Both the position numbers and the translations under genes were made by a program. A stretch of 64,000 nt of DNA, from positions 6,742 to 70,741 of the forward strand of contig JAGTRI010000003.1 in assembly GCA_018397065.1 (NCBI GenBank), written 5' to 3'. Origin of the DNA: Candidatus Bathyarchaeota archaeon (GTDB taxonomy: Archaea > Thermoproteota > Bathyarchaeia > Bathyarchaeales > DTEX01). The first letter of the stretch is position 1, and the number at the start of each line of letters is the position of its first letter. Positions 27,836 through 37,109 of the stretch are shown piece by piece. The notes beneath the pieces are model-generated. The model was not told the origin of the DNA. It was given only the letters and a program-made list of their open reading frames with translations, and searched no databases.

Positions 27836-28720
27836 TTGAGGAACATTAAAAAGCTGCCTATAATCCAGAAAAATATAAGCTGGGATAGAGAGACGAGAAT
27901 TGCTGCTGGTTTAATAGGTTGCGGCTCAATCGGCACTGTTATAGCTGAAGCAATCGATAACGGAAAAGCTGGAGACATTGAATTATTAGCTGTTTACGAC
28001 CTTATCAGAGAACACGCAGAGAAACTTGTTGAGGGATTAAGGAAAAAACCAAAAATAGCCAATCACGCAGATGAACTTATTGAAAACAACAAAATACAAA
28101 TAATTATAGAAGCAGCCTCACCCGAAGCAGTAAAACAATATTCCGCAAAAATACTTGATCGAAACAAGGATTTAATGGTCATGAGCGCAGCTGCTCTTAT
28201 AGAAGAAAATCTTTTTTCAGAAATATCCGAAATCGCCAAGAAAAACGGAAGAAAGGTGTACGTACCCTCTGGCGCAATTGTGGGGCTTGATAACATAAAG
28301 TCTGCAGCCATAGGTAACATTGAACAAGTAACACTTACAACAAGAAAACCGCCTCAGAGCTTCGAAGGCGCACCGCTTATTAAAAAGAAAAACATCAACC
28401 TCTCTTCGTTAGAGAAGCCCATTGTGCTTTATGAGGGATCAGCGAGAGAAGCTGTTAAGCTTTTTCCTCAAAACGTTAATGTCTCAGCAACATTAAGCCT
28501 CGCTGGAATAGGGCCTGACAGAACCAAAGTAAGAATTATAACTGACCCAGAAATAAAGACGATTTCACACGAAATACATGTAAAAGGTGAATTTGGAGAA
28601 CTACAGACAAAGACCGTTAATAGGCCTTTTCCAACAAATCCGAAGACAAGTTTCATTGCAGCTTTGTCTGCGATTGCGACCTTAAAGAAGTTAAGTGAAA
28701 ACATTATTATTGGAACATAA
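27836..28720 (+). CDS. nadX: L-aspartate dehydrogenase
   Basis: GLIGCGSIG Rossmann motif, conserved C-terminal ...ISHEIHVKGEFGEL...NPKTS region. Directly upstream of nadC. 5' boundary uncertain (TTG). Confidence 0.75.
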   Translation: MRNIKKLPIIQKNISWDRETRIAAGLIGCGSIGTVIAEAIDNGKAGDIELLAVYDLIREHAEKLVEGLRKKPKIANHADELIENNKIQIIIEAASPEAVKQYSAKILDRNKDLMVMSAAALIEENLFSEISEIAKKNGRKVYVPSGAIVGLDNIKSAAIGNIEQVTLTTRKPPQSFEGAPLIKKKNINLSSLEKPIVLYEGSAREAVKLFPQNVNVSATLSLAGIGPDRTKVRIITDPEIKTISHEIHVKGEFGELQTKTVNRPFPTNPKTSFIAALSAIATLKKLSENIIIGT

Positions 28721-28803
28721 AATAAAAAGTAGGGGACACTCTTTTACATATTTAAGAATTTATATTGGTTCTTTGCCAAGTATAAAATGGTAAGGTCGAT
28801 TTT

Positions 28804-29673
28804 ATGATAATGCCCAAAAGGACGCTTAGGAACGAGCTTAGAAGATTTCTAAGAGAAGATGTGGGGCAAGGTGACATAACCACAGAGGCTATTGTCCCGA
28901 AAGAAACAAATATACTGGCCCAAATTGTTTTAAAACAACCAGCAGTAATTTGTGGCCTCAATGAAGTCAAAGTTTTGTTTGAAATGTTGGGAGTTAAGTT
29001 CTTTGAAAAAGTAAAAGATGGTGACGAGGTATCTGCTGGAACCGTTATTGCTGAAGTAGAGGGCGATGGAAAAAAAATTCTCACTGCGGAAAGAACTGTG
29101 CTTAATCTTCTCATGCGAATGAGCGGTATTGCAACCGAAGCTAGGAAACTAGTGAAGGAAGTTCAGAAAATTGATCCAAAGATTCGGATTGCTGCCACTA
29201 GAAAAACAGCTCCTGGGCTTAGATATTTTGATAAAAGAGCTGTAATAGTTGGTGGAGGATACGCGCATAGAATGAGGCTTGATGAGGCTTTTCTAGTCAA
29301 AGACAATCACATCACGATCGCAGGAGAAATAAAAGAAGCACTGAAAAGAATACAGCTGTCTTCACATTCGTCCAAAAGAGTAGAAGTTGAAGCCAAAACC
29401 AAGGAACAAGCAGTTCAAGCAGCAGAACTCGGAGTTGACATCGTTATGCTTGATAATATGTCTCCAAAAGAAGCTGCAGAAACCATAAAAGAATTAAGCG
29501 CAAGAAACCTTAGACATAAGGTTCAAATCGAAATTTCCGGTGGCATAACACCAGAAAATTTTGTTTCTTACGCGGTGCTTAAGCCTGACATCATATCTTT
29601 AGGTTCATTGACTCATTCCGTTAGGGCAGTTGATATAAGTCTCGAAGTAATAAAAGCTAATTTGCCATCATAA
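28804..29673 (+). CDS. nadC: Nicotinate-nucleotide pyrophosphorylase (carboxylating)
   Basis: DITT..., AERTVLN, ATRKTAPGLR, MLDNM motifs of quinolinate phosphoribosyltransferase. 289 aa. Confidence 0.9.
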   Translation: MIMPKRTLRNELRRFLREDVGQGDITTEAIVPKETNILAQIVLKQPAVICGLNEVKVLFEMLGVKFFEKVKDGDEVSAGTVIAEVEGDGKKILTAERTVLNLLMRMSGIATEARKLVKEVQKIDPKIRIAATRKTAPGLRYFDKRAVIVGGGYAHRMRLDEAFLVKDNHITIAGEIKEALKRIQLSSHSSKRVEVEAKTKEQAVQAAELGVDIVMLDNMSPKEAAETIKELSARNLRHKVQIEISGGITPENFVSYAVLKPDIISLGSLTHSVRAVDISLEVIKANLPS

Positions 29674-29679
29674 TGCCAT

Positions 29680-30891
29680 TTAGTACAATGCCTTTCTAAC
29701 CGCTTCCATCACAATCTTAGCTGGTGCATCAGTTTTGAAACCACGATTATGAAAATGCGTAAACCATATTTTATAATTGTTCTTGCACATTTGAGAAATG
29801 ACTTTGGTAAGAGGAGGAATTGGAACACCCAGTTTATCGCAGATGCAGTCGACAACAAAATATGTTGGAGGTGCATCCGACTCGTCCTTAACTAGTCTAA
29901 CAATTTTTCTAGCTCTATTTTCATCTCCTATTCTTTTTTTGCACACCTCAATTTCAACAAGTTCACAAAAATCTTTATCAGCAATTTTGCCAAGCCATAG
30001 TGGACCGGCAGATCCTAAAGTTGATCCACATTCATCACAATCTGTAACAACAAGAAGACGCGTCAAAAGTGCTGCTTTTCTGTTGAGGCACTTAAAACAG
30101 TGGTAAATGAATCCTATGTTTTTTAGGCTTTGATTGGCTTTTTTTGCACCTTGGTTGATTTGAGCATAAAGTCTAATATAATGGTTGTTTTTGTGACTAA
30201 AAATGATATTGATGCCAAGGTCATGTTTTGCTGCGGCAAATGCAAGGCAACCTGCAAGTAGCCTTAAAGCAATCTCTTGAGAATACTCAGTTCTTAACGA
30301 AAAACCTCCATATTTTCTAAGAGCAGCAGTAGGATAAACTCCGCACAACGGCGCAAGGTCAGTTGCGGTTAAAGCCAAAACACCTTTATTTTTTAAGGCT
30401 CTTATTGCTGAATCCAGAAAATGAACAGGTGTTCCAAATGGATCTATATCAATGTAATCAAACCTTTTGTGTGGAGCGTCATGTTGGCTTAGAAACAGGT
30501 TTGCATCTTCGTTGGTCAAAAAAACCGCGTCTTCAACGTTGTTTAACTTGATGTTGCGCTTAATTAATTTGAATGCTTCAGGATTAATATCATTGAGATG
30601 AATTTCGCTGATTCCATTAACTTCTTTGGCGAACCTAATACCTCTCACTCCGCAGCCAGCTAGAGGCTCAGATACCACAAGATTTCTGTTAATTGTTCTT
30701 TGATAAGCCTGTAAAACTAGTATAGCTATGTCTCGGTTCAACTTCATGGATGGATTATAAAAAACTGGAACCTTTGAAGGCGCATAATTTTTCAAAGTCT
30801 TCATTTGACTGAAGTCGGGAATAAAAAATTCTGTCATTCCTTCGACAATTTTTTTAAGAGGAAAAAGGAATTCGCCAAAATTTTCTGACAT
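29680..30891 (-). CDS. trm1: tRNA (guanine26-N2)-dimethyltransferase Trm1
   Basis: FYNPSMKLNRDIAILVL, EPLAGCGVRGIRF, IDIDPFGTP motifs, and a Cys-rich insertion CFKC...CDEC. 403 aa. Confidence 0.85.
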   Translation of the reverse strand: MSENFGEFLFPLKKIVEGMTEFFIPDFSQMKTLKNYAPSKVPVFYNPSMKLNRDIAILVLQAYQRTINRNLVVSEPLAGCGVRGIRFAKEVNGISEIHLNDINPEAFKLIKRNIKLNNVEDAVFLTNEDANLFLSQHDAPHKRFDYIDIDPFGTPVHFLDSAIRALKNKGVLALTATDLAPLCGVYPTAALRKYGGFSLRTEYSQEIALRLLAGCLAFAAAKHDLGINIIFSHKNNHYIRLYAQINQGAKKANQSLKNIGFIYHCFKCLNRKAALLTRLLVVTDCDECGSTLGSAGPLWLGKIADKDFCELVEIEVCKKRIGDENRARKIVRLVKDESDAPPTYFVVDCICDKLGVPIPPLTKVISQMCKNNYKIWFTHFHNRGFKTDAPAKIVMEAVRKALY

Positions 30892-31034
30892 TTCAATCGT
30901 GTGGTATTGGGTTTTATTAAACTAAAAAGTTTTTTGACAACGCTAAAATGCTGTTCTATGTTTCATAACGGCAATCATTTTATTATTCCTTTTGTATTTT
31001 TATTTACATCAATTAACGGACAGGAGAAGTAAAA

Positions 31035-32015
31035 TTGAACTTCAGAGAGTTTGGATGGAACGGGTTAAACTTTGAGATACCCGAAGACGCCCGTTTTACA
31101 CGTTTCGCAGGCGACGCTAAGGGAGGTTCCTTCGTGTTTGAGTCTGACGAGTATCTTATTGAAGGAAAGTGGGAACCTATACCCAAAAAACGCCAATCTA
31201 TCTCGGTTATTGCGACAACTCTAATTGAGAAAATGAGTGAAAAATACAAAAAAAGAGGAAGGATAAGCGGGCAATCTATAAAAGTATTAGAAAGAAAAGA
31301 CGCCCGAGTCTTTACACATGACGCCCTTTTCATGATAGTGAAAGAGCAAGTTGATGAACGTTTCTATCTCTGGTATTGCGACGAAAGCAACAGAATTATG
31401 ATTATGCGATTCATTTTCAAAATATTTGATGAAACTTCAAAGAAAATAATTAGAAAAGTTATTGAAAGTTTAATTTGCCATAAAGAAGGCCCAAATGTTT
31501 GGTCTCTTCTAAACTTCCGTTTTGAAGCGCCAAAGGATTTTTACTTAACTGAAGCAAAAATTGCGGTTGGAAGAGCTCATTTTGTTCTAACAGCGAAAAA
31601 AGTATCATCGTTTTCAGAAATGATATCAACTTTAATTGTTGATTATTATTCCTTAGCGAACGTTGTTTTCAAAGATACGTACAACAATATTGGCGAATGG
31701 TTCAGGAAAAATTATGAGAGAGACCTTTTCAGACAATTGAAAAAACGCAAAATTAAGTTTATATCTGAAGAACCGAAAAAACTGTCAACTCACGACTTAT
31801 TAATCAAAAAGGGTATCAGCAGATCTGGATTTTCGTGGAGAAGCACAACTTTATACACAAATTTGTCTTGGTATTGCCAAGAATCAAATCGCATCTACAC
31901 GGTTACAATGACGTCAAGCCTTTCTAAGCCATTTTTCTTGAAACGCAAAACTTCAGAAATTGAGCACACCAGGCATCTAGAAAGTTTGTTGTCATCGTTC
32001 AAATGCCACTTATAA
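31035..32015 (+). CDS. Hypothetical protein built from two tandem homologous halves
   Basis: 326 aa, TTG start. Motifs recur about 150 aa apart: GWNGLNFEIPEDARF / VWSLLNFRFEAPKDFYL, FTHDALF / STHDLLI, LWYCDESNRI / LSWYCQESNRI. Confidence 0.5.
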   Translation: MNFREFGWNGLNFEIPEDARFTRFAGDAKGGSFVFESDEYLIEGKWEPIPKKRQSISVIATTLIEKMSEKYKKRGRISGQSIKVLERKDARVFTHDALFMIVKEQVDERFYLWYCDESNRIMIMRFIFKIFDETSKKIIRKVIESLICHKEGPNVWSLLNFRFEAPKDFYLTEAKIAVGRAHFVLTAKKVSSFSEMISTLIVDYYSLANVVFKDTYNNIGEWFRKNYERDLFRQLKKRKIKFISEEPKKLSTHDLLIKKGISRSGFSWRSTTLYTNLSWYCQESNRIYTVTMTSSLSKPFFLKRKTSEIEHTRHLESLLSSFKCHL

Positions 32016-32099
32016 GTGAGAACGAGATTTTTCAGTAAAAAAATTCGGTCAATGCTTTTACTAACATGTCGAATTGTGGTGCAGTTAATATAACCGTTT

Positions 32100-32606
32100 T
32101 TATTGCTTAGCTTCCTTCTCCATTTCTTCCTCAAGTTCTTTTCTGCCGAGTTTGGATGCTACTTCTTCAGGGATTAGGAAAGCTAGAAGCCCACGTTTGG
32201 CAAGCTCATTGAAGTACGAGTTTAGGGATATTTCAGCCTCACTGGGGAGCATCTTATATTTTAGACACAACTGATCAACAATTTCTTTTGTGGTTCTTTT
32301 TCCATCACAAAGTTCCCAGACAATTGAACCGACAGTGTCAAGGTGGATTTTTTTCTGCCGCATTTGAGGAGACGCTGAAGGAAATAGGCTTCTTCTGGGT
32401 CGTCGTTTCTCTGTTTTTTCCTGTTCTTTCTTTTCGTCCTTTTTCACTTCCCGTTCGATGATTAAAGTTATATTGTTGTTTTCATCTTTTTCTTGCTTCA
32501 ATGTTGGGTTAGGAACGGGAATAATTTTTAGGAAATCACTTCTCGAGATCGGTGGAGCCTTTTCCTTCTTTTTTCCCCTAAGCCTATCGAGAATCATGTT
32601 CATCAT
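32100..32606 (-). CDS. PqqD-family (RRE-like) protein with K/E-rich N-terminal extension
   Basis: C-terminal LDTVGSIVWELCDGKRTTKEIVDQLCLKYKMLPSEAEISLNSYFNELAKRGLL is the PqqD/RRE winged-helix pattern. 168 aa. Confidence 0.65.
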   Translation of the reverse strand: MMNMILDRLRGKKKEKAPPISRSDFLKIIPVPNPTLKQEKDENNNITLIIEREVKKDEKKEQEKTEKRRPRRSLFPSASPQMRQKKIHLDTVGSIVWELCDGKRTTKEIVDQLCLKYKMLPSEAEISLNSYFNELAKRGLLAFLIPEEVASKLGRKELEEEMEKEAKQ

Positions 32607-32821
32607 TCCAGCATAGAATTTTCCCGTCGTATCTTAAAAAACTAATCCATATAAAGAAAGGTGTTACTATTTTGCGATCATTATTGACACAAATACTTTT
32701 AATGAGACTAAACATATTTTTCGGAAGAACATATCACCGCATCTCCCAAAAGGTATATCAGAACAAGCCAATGAATTGCTAGGAGCTCTTACTGAAAGTT
32801 CAAAGGTGATAGAAAACGAAG

Positions 32822-34696
32822 TTAAAAATAATATTTCAACCTTACGGTAAAAGGATAGAGATACCCATAGGCTCTACGATTCTCGATACCGCAAGAATTA
32901 TCGGCATAAATCTTAGTTCTGTTTGTGGAGGAGAAGGACTTTGCGGAAAATGCAGAATCATTATACATTCAGGCAATGAGCATCTGTCAGAGCCTTCGCA
33001 GTCTGAAAAACGCATATTTTCCAAAGAGGAGCTATCCACAGGTTTTAGATTAGCATGCCAAGTAAAAGCTAGGAACAGCGGGACAGTGGTCGTTGAGGTC
33101 CCGTCTGAAAGTCTACTAGACCAGCAGAGATTATTATTTAAAGGCTTAGAAAAAAAAGTGAAATTGAAACCTGCAATAAGAAACGTTGTTGTTAGCCTTC
33201 AGCAGCCTTCATTAAAGGATTGCCAGTCTGATGTTGATCGGCTCCTAGACGCGTTGAAGCTAGAAACTGGTTGTCAACTCAATCTTGACTTCGAGGCTTT
33301 AAAAAAGATTCCACACGTTATCCGAGAAAAAGACTGGACTGTGACTGCCACAATTTGGAAAAATCAAGAAGTAATTGATATTCAGCCTGGAAAGGGTTCC
33401 GCTTGTTACGGGTTCGCTGTGGATGTTGGTACAACCAAGCTTGCAGGTTACCTTTTAGACTTAAATAATGGCGAAATTGTGGCTTCAGCCTCAACTATGA
33501 ATCCTCAAATTTCTTTTGGAGAGGACGTGATTTCAAGAATAAGGTTCGCCATGGAAAAGTCTGAAAATCTTTCAGAGCTGCAACGATCCGTAATTGATGG
33601 CGTCAATAAATTAATTGACGAAACGTGTAAAAAGGCAAACGTGTCGGCAGAAAATATTTATGATTTTTGTTTTGCGGGAAACACAGCAATGCATCATATT
33701 TTTCTCGGCATTACACCAAACTACGTAGCTTTAATGCCCTATCCAGCAGCTTTGCAGTCATCAATTGATGTTAAGGCAAGAGAATTGTCCCTAGGAATAG
33801 CAAAAGGGGCATATGTTCACGCTTTACCAACGATAGCAGGATTTGTTGGAGGAGACGCCGTGGCAGACATTCTTGCAACTGGAATATATACGGCTGAGGA
33901 GCTTTCAATGCTTGTTGATATTGGAACAAACACAGAAATAATTCTTGGTAATAAACATAGACTTATAGCGTGTTCTTGCGCTTCTGGTCCTGCTTTTGAA
34001 GGTGCACACATTAAACATGGCATGAGAGCATCGAATGGCGCCATTGAACAAATTTGGATAAATCCAGACAACTTCGAAGTCGGTTACAAAACAGTTAACG
34101 GAGATAAACCTCGAGGACTCTGCGGATCAGCCGTTGTTGACGTTGTAGCTGAGCTTCTAAAAAGCAGGTTAATCGACAAGAGTGGAAGGTTCAATAAAAA
34201 CATTAACACACCAAGGCTAAGAATCGGAGGAAAGGCTTCTGAGTTTGTGATTGTGTGGAGAAAGGATAGTTCAACTGAAACAGATATTACAGTGACACAG
34301 GAAGACATCAGAGTGATTCAACTGGCTAAAGCCGCAATTTACACTGGCGCCTACATTCTAATGAAACATCTAGGAGTTACGTTCCATGATATTGAGAAAA
34401 TGTATCTAGCTGGGGCATTTGGAACCTATGTAGATCCGTTGAACGCAAAAATTATTGGCATGTACCCAGATATACCTCTTGAAAGGGTTCAGTTCGTAGG
34501 CAACACATCTGGTTCAGGTGCAAGGATGGCGCTTCTCTCGATTGATGTTCGCGAAGAAGCTCACAAAATCGCGAGATCCGTCGAGTACATTGAGTTGGGC
34601 GCTGATCCAAACTTCCAAAACGAATTCTTGAAAGCAACATACTTACCGCATAAAGAATCAGATAGATTTCCAAGCATAACTAAAATAGTTAGTTGA
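32822..34696 (+). CDS. RACo-type corrinoid reductive activase (2Fe-2S ferredoxin domain + ASKHA ATPase domain); 5' end non-canonical
   Basis: Track ORF 33086-34696 has FAVDVGTTKLAGYL and VDIGTNTEI ASKHA motifs. The same frame is open back to 32810 and encodes IFQPYGKRIEIPIGSTILD...VCGGEGLCGKCR...LACQV (plant-type 2Fe-2S). No ATG/GTG/TTG there; TTA 32822 lies 14 nt after the G-run of AGGTGAT. Confidence 0.7.
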   Translation, partial: LKIIFQPYGKRIEIPIGSTILDTARIIGINLSSVCGGEGLCGKCRIIIHSGNEHLSEPSQSEKRIFSKEELSTGFRLACQVKARNSGTVVVEVPSESLLDQQRLLFKGLEKKVKLKPAIRNVVVSLQQPSLKDCQSDVDRLLDALKLETGCQLNLDFEALKKIPHVIREKDWTVTATIWKNQEVIDIQPGKGSACYGFAVDVGTTKLAGYLLDLNNGEIVASASTMNPQISFGEDVISRIRFAMEKSENLSELQRSVIDGVNKLIDETCKKANVSAENIYDFCFAGNTAMHHIFLGITPNYVALMPYPAALQSSIDVKARELSLGIAKGAYVHALPTIAGFVGGDAVADILATGIYTAEELSMLVDIGTNTEIILGNKHRLIACSCASGPAFEGAHIKHGMRASNGAIEQIWINPDNFEVGYKTVNGDKPRGLCGSAVVDVVAELLKSRLIDKSGRFNKNINTPRLRIGGKASEFVIVWRKDSSTETDITVTQEDIRVIQLAKAAIYTGAYILMKHLGVTFHDIEKMYLAGAFGTYVDPLNAKIIGMYPDIPLERVQFVGNTSGSGARMALLSIDVREEAHKIARSVEYIELGADPNFQNEFLKATYLPHKESDRFPSITKIVS

Positions 34697-34808
34697 ATTA
34701 CAAAAATAACCAGAAATGGATCAATTCTCCATTTTGATGTGAAATATATAAGAATGCGATCTTACTTTCAAGGTTGATTAGGCACTGATGTATAGCTGAG
34801 GAATTTAT

Positions 34809-35972
34809 ATGAAAGTTGCCAAGAGAATGCAGTTAATTGAGCCCTCTGGCACGATTGCTATGGCTGAGAAAGCGCGTGAATTGCAGAGAGCTGGTCGAAA
34901 GATCCTTAATTTGGATGTTGGAGAGCCAGATTTCGACACGCCTGAACACATTAAGCAAGCAGCTATTGGAGCTATTAAAAACGGATTTACCCATTATACT
35001 TCAAGTAAGGGAATCCTCGAACTTAGACAAACAATCGCAAAGGACCTTGCCTCCCGAAAAATTGAGGCAGATCCGGACAATGAAATTATCGTAACCCCCG
35101 GCGGAAAACACGCCTTGTACTGTGCTTGTATGGCTACGCTAGATCCTGAAGACGAAGTCATAATTCTTGCTCCAACATGGCCAACTCATTTCCAATGTGT
35201 TGAATGCGCTGATGCACACGCAGTCGAGGTTCCATGTGGTCCTTCTTATGTTTTAGACGAAGAAGCCTTAAAAAACAAGATAACCAGCAAATCAAAAATG
35301 ATTTTGGTTAGTTCTCCGAACAATCCAACTGGAGGCGTAATGAGCCCTGAGGAGATTAAGATTATTGTTGATCTTGCTGTTGACCATGATCTGCTTATTC
35401 TTTCAGACGAGATTTACGACCGTATAGTCTATGATGAGGTCGAGGTTCGCAGTCCCGCCTCATTCGATGATGGTCGAGAAAGATGTATTGTCATAAATGG
35501 TTTCAGCAAAGCTTATGCGATGACTGGTTGGAGACTGGGTTATGCTTTTGCGGATAAAGACGTGATTGATGCGATGGTAACAATCCAACAGTCAACAACA
35601 ACTTGCCCTGCTAGTTTTGTTCAAAAAGCGGGGATTGCAGCGCTTAAAGGACCTCAAGACATTATCTCTAAGATGGTTCAAGAATATGACAGAAGAAGAA
35701 AATTCATCGTAAATCAGCTTAATAATATACAAGGTTTAAGCTGCAGTATGCCTAGAGGTGCATTCTACGTTTTTCCCAAAATTAAAAAATTGGGGATTTC
35801 GAGCCTTGAGTTTTGTAGCAAGTTGCTTGAAAGGGAAGGTGTATCTACGACGCCTGGCAGCGTTTTTGGCGAAAGCGGTGAAGGCTATGTTCGTATGTCT
35901 TATGCTACAAGTCTTGAAACAATCCGAGAAGCCGTTAATAAGATTAAGGGATTCGTTGAAAACTATGTATAA
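34809..35972 (+). CDS. Class I/II pyridoxal-phosphate aminotransferase (aspartate aminotransferase-like)
   Basis: SPNNPTGG, FSKAYAMTGWRLGY (PLP-lysine motif), 387 aa. GAGG 8 nt upstream of the ATG. Confidence 0.85.
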   Translation: MKVAKRMQLIEPSGTIAMAEKARELQRAGRKILNLDVGEPDFDTPEHIKQAAIGAIKNGFTHYTSSKGILELRQTIAKDLASRKIEADPDNEIIVTPGGKHALYCACMATLDPEDEVIILAPTWPTHFQCVECADAHAVEVPCGPSYVLDEEALKNKITSKSKMILVSSPNNPTGGVMSPEEIKIIVDLAVDHDLLILSDEIYDRIVYDEVEVRSPASFDDGRERCIVINGFSKAYAMTGWRLGYAFADKDVIDAMVTIQQSTTTCPASFVQKAGIAALKGPQDIISKMVQEYDRRRKFIVNQLNNIQGLSCSMPRGAFYVFPKIKKLGISSLEFCSKLLEREGVSTTPGSVFGESGEGYVRMSYATSLETIREAVNKIKGFVENYV

Positions 35973-35978
35973 AATAAA

Positions 35979-37082
35979 ATGGTGAAAGGAATGTTTGACA
36001 ACAAATCGATAGAGTTTCTTAAAAACATGACCGAATCGTTTGGGCCATCGGGTTTTGAAAGGGAAACTGCTGGAATAATTAAACAATACATGAAGCCTTT
36101 TTCAGATGAGATTATTACGGATAAGCTTGGCTCAATCGTTTTTGTAGCCAAAGGTGAAAAGGAAAAACCGCGCGTTCTTCTCGCTGGACACATTGACGAA
36201 GTTGGATTTGTAGTTTCAGGCATTGACGAAAACACAGGATTTCTTACCTTCAACCCTGTTGGAGGATGGTGGGACCAAGTTTTACTTTCCCAGAAAGTTG
36301 TCGTAAGGACAGCGAAAGGCGACATATACGGCGTCATTTCTTCCAAACCTCCTCACCTTTTGACTGATGAGGAACGTACCAAAGTTTTCACGCAAGACAG
36401 GATGCTTATCGACATAGGCGCCACGTCTAGAAAAGAGGCAGAAGAAGCAGGCGTCAAAATCGGGGATCCAATAGTGCCCTTCTCGCCATTTAGCTTGATT
36501 CGCGACGGAAAGGTGGCTATGGGAAAAGCCTTCGATGATAGGCTTGGTGCTTTCGTAATTATGGAATCAATCAGACGCATTAAACAGGAAAAGATTTCTC
36601 ATCCAAACACTGTGTACGGTGCTGCGACAGTGCAGGAAGAAGTTGGCTTGAGAGGCGCACAAACCGTGGCTCACCTCGTAAACCCTGATGTTGGAATTGT
36701 TTTAGAAGTTGACATTGCTGGAGATGTTCCGGGTGTGAAGCCTCATGAGGCACCTACAAAAATGGGTAAAGGTCCAAGTCTGCTGACCTATGATCGAACA
36801 ATGATTCCTAATCAGCCGTTTAAGGAATTCGTCTGGAAAACAGCTCAGGACACTGGGATTCCACTTCAGCTCTCTCAAGTTGCTAGAGGAGGAACAGATG
36901 CTGGTAGAATTCACCTTGACAGATCTGGCTGTCCAAGCATCGTTATAAGTGTTCCGACAAGGCATATTCACAGCCATGTTGGACTGTTTAGCCTTGAGGA
37001 TGCTGAGAACGCTGTTAAACTCGTTATTGAGATAATAAAAAGGCTTGATATGGAAACTGTGGAAAACTTTACAAAAATCTAA
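35979..37082 (+). CDS. M42 family metallopeptidase (TET/FrvX-like aminopeptidase)
   Basis: LLAGHIDEVGF, AFDDRLG, VQEEVGLRGA motifs. The alternative ATG at 35991 lies 5 nt after GGTGA. Confidence 0.85.
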   Translation: MVKGMFDNKSIEFLKNMTESFGPSGFERETAGIIKQYMKPFSDEIITDKLGSIVFVAKGEKEKPRVLLAGHIDEVGFVVSGIDENTGFLTFNPVGGWWDQVLLSQKVVVRTAKGDIYGVISSKPPHLLTDEERTKVFTQDRMLIDIGATSRKEAEEAGVKIGDPIVPFSPFSLIRDGKVAMGKAFDDRLGAFVIMESIRRIKQEKISHPNTVYGAATVQEEVGLRGAQTVAHLVNPDVGIVLEVDIAGDVPGVKPHEAPTKMGKGPSLLTYDRTMIPNQPFKEFVWKTAQDTGIPLQLSQVARGGTDAGRIHLDRSGCPSIVISVPTRHIHSHVGLFSLEDAENAVKLVIEIIKRLDMETVENFTKI

Positions 37083-37109
37083 GATCAATCAGTAAATAAA
37101 GGTTCAAAG

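Noticed and set aside
32842-33039. 65-aa minus-strand track ORF upstream of the RACo-like gene.
   Set aside because: It is antisense to the clearly homologous 2Fe-2S ferredoxin domain encoded on the plus strand.
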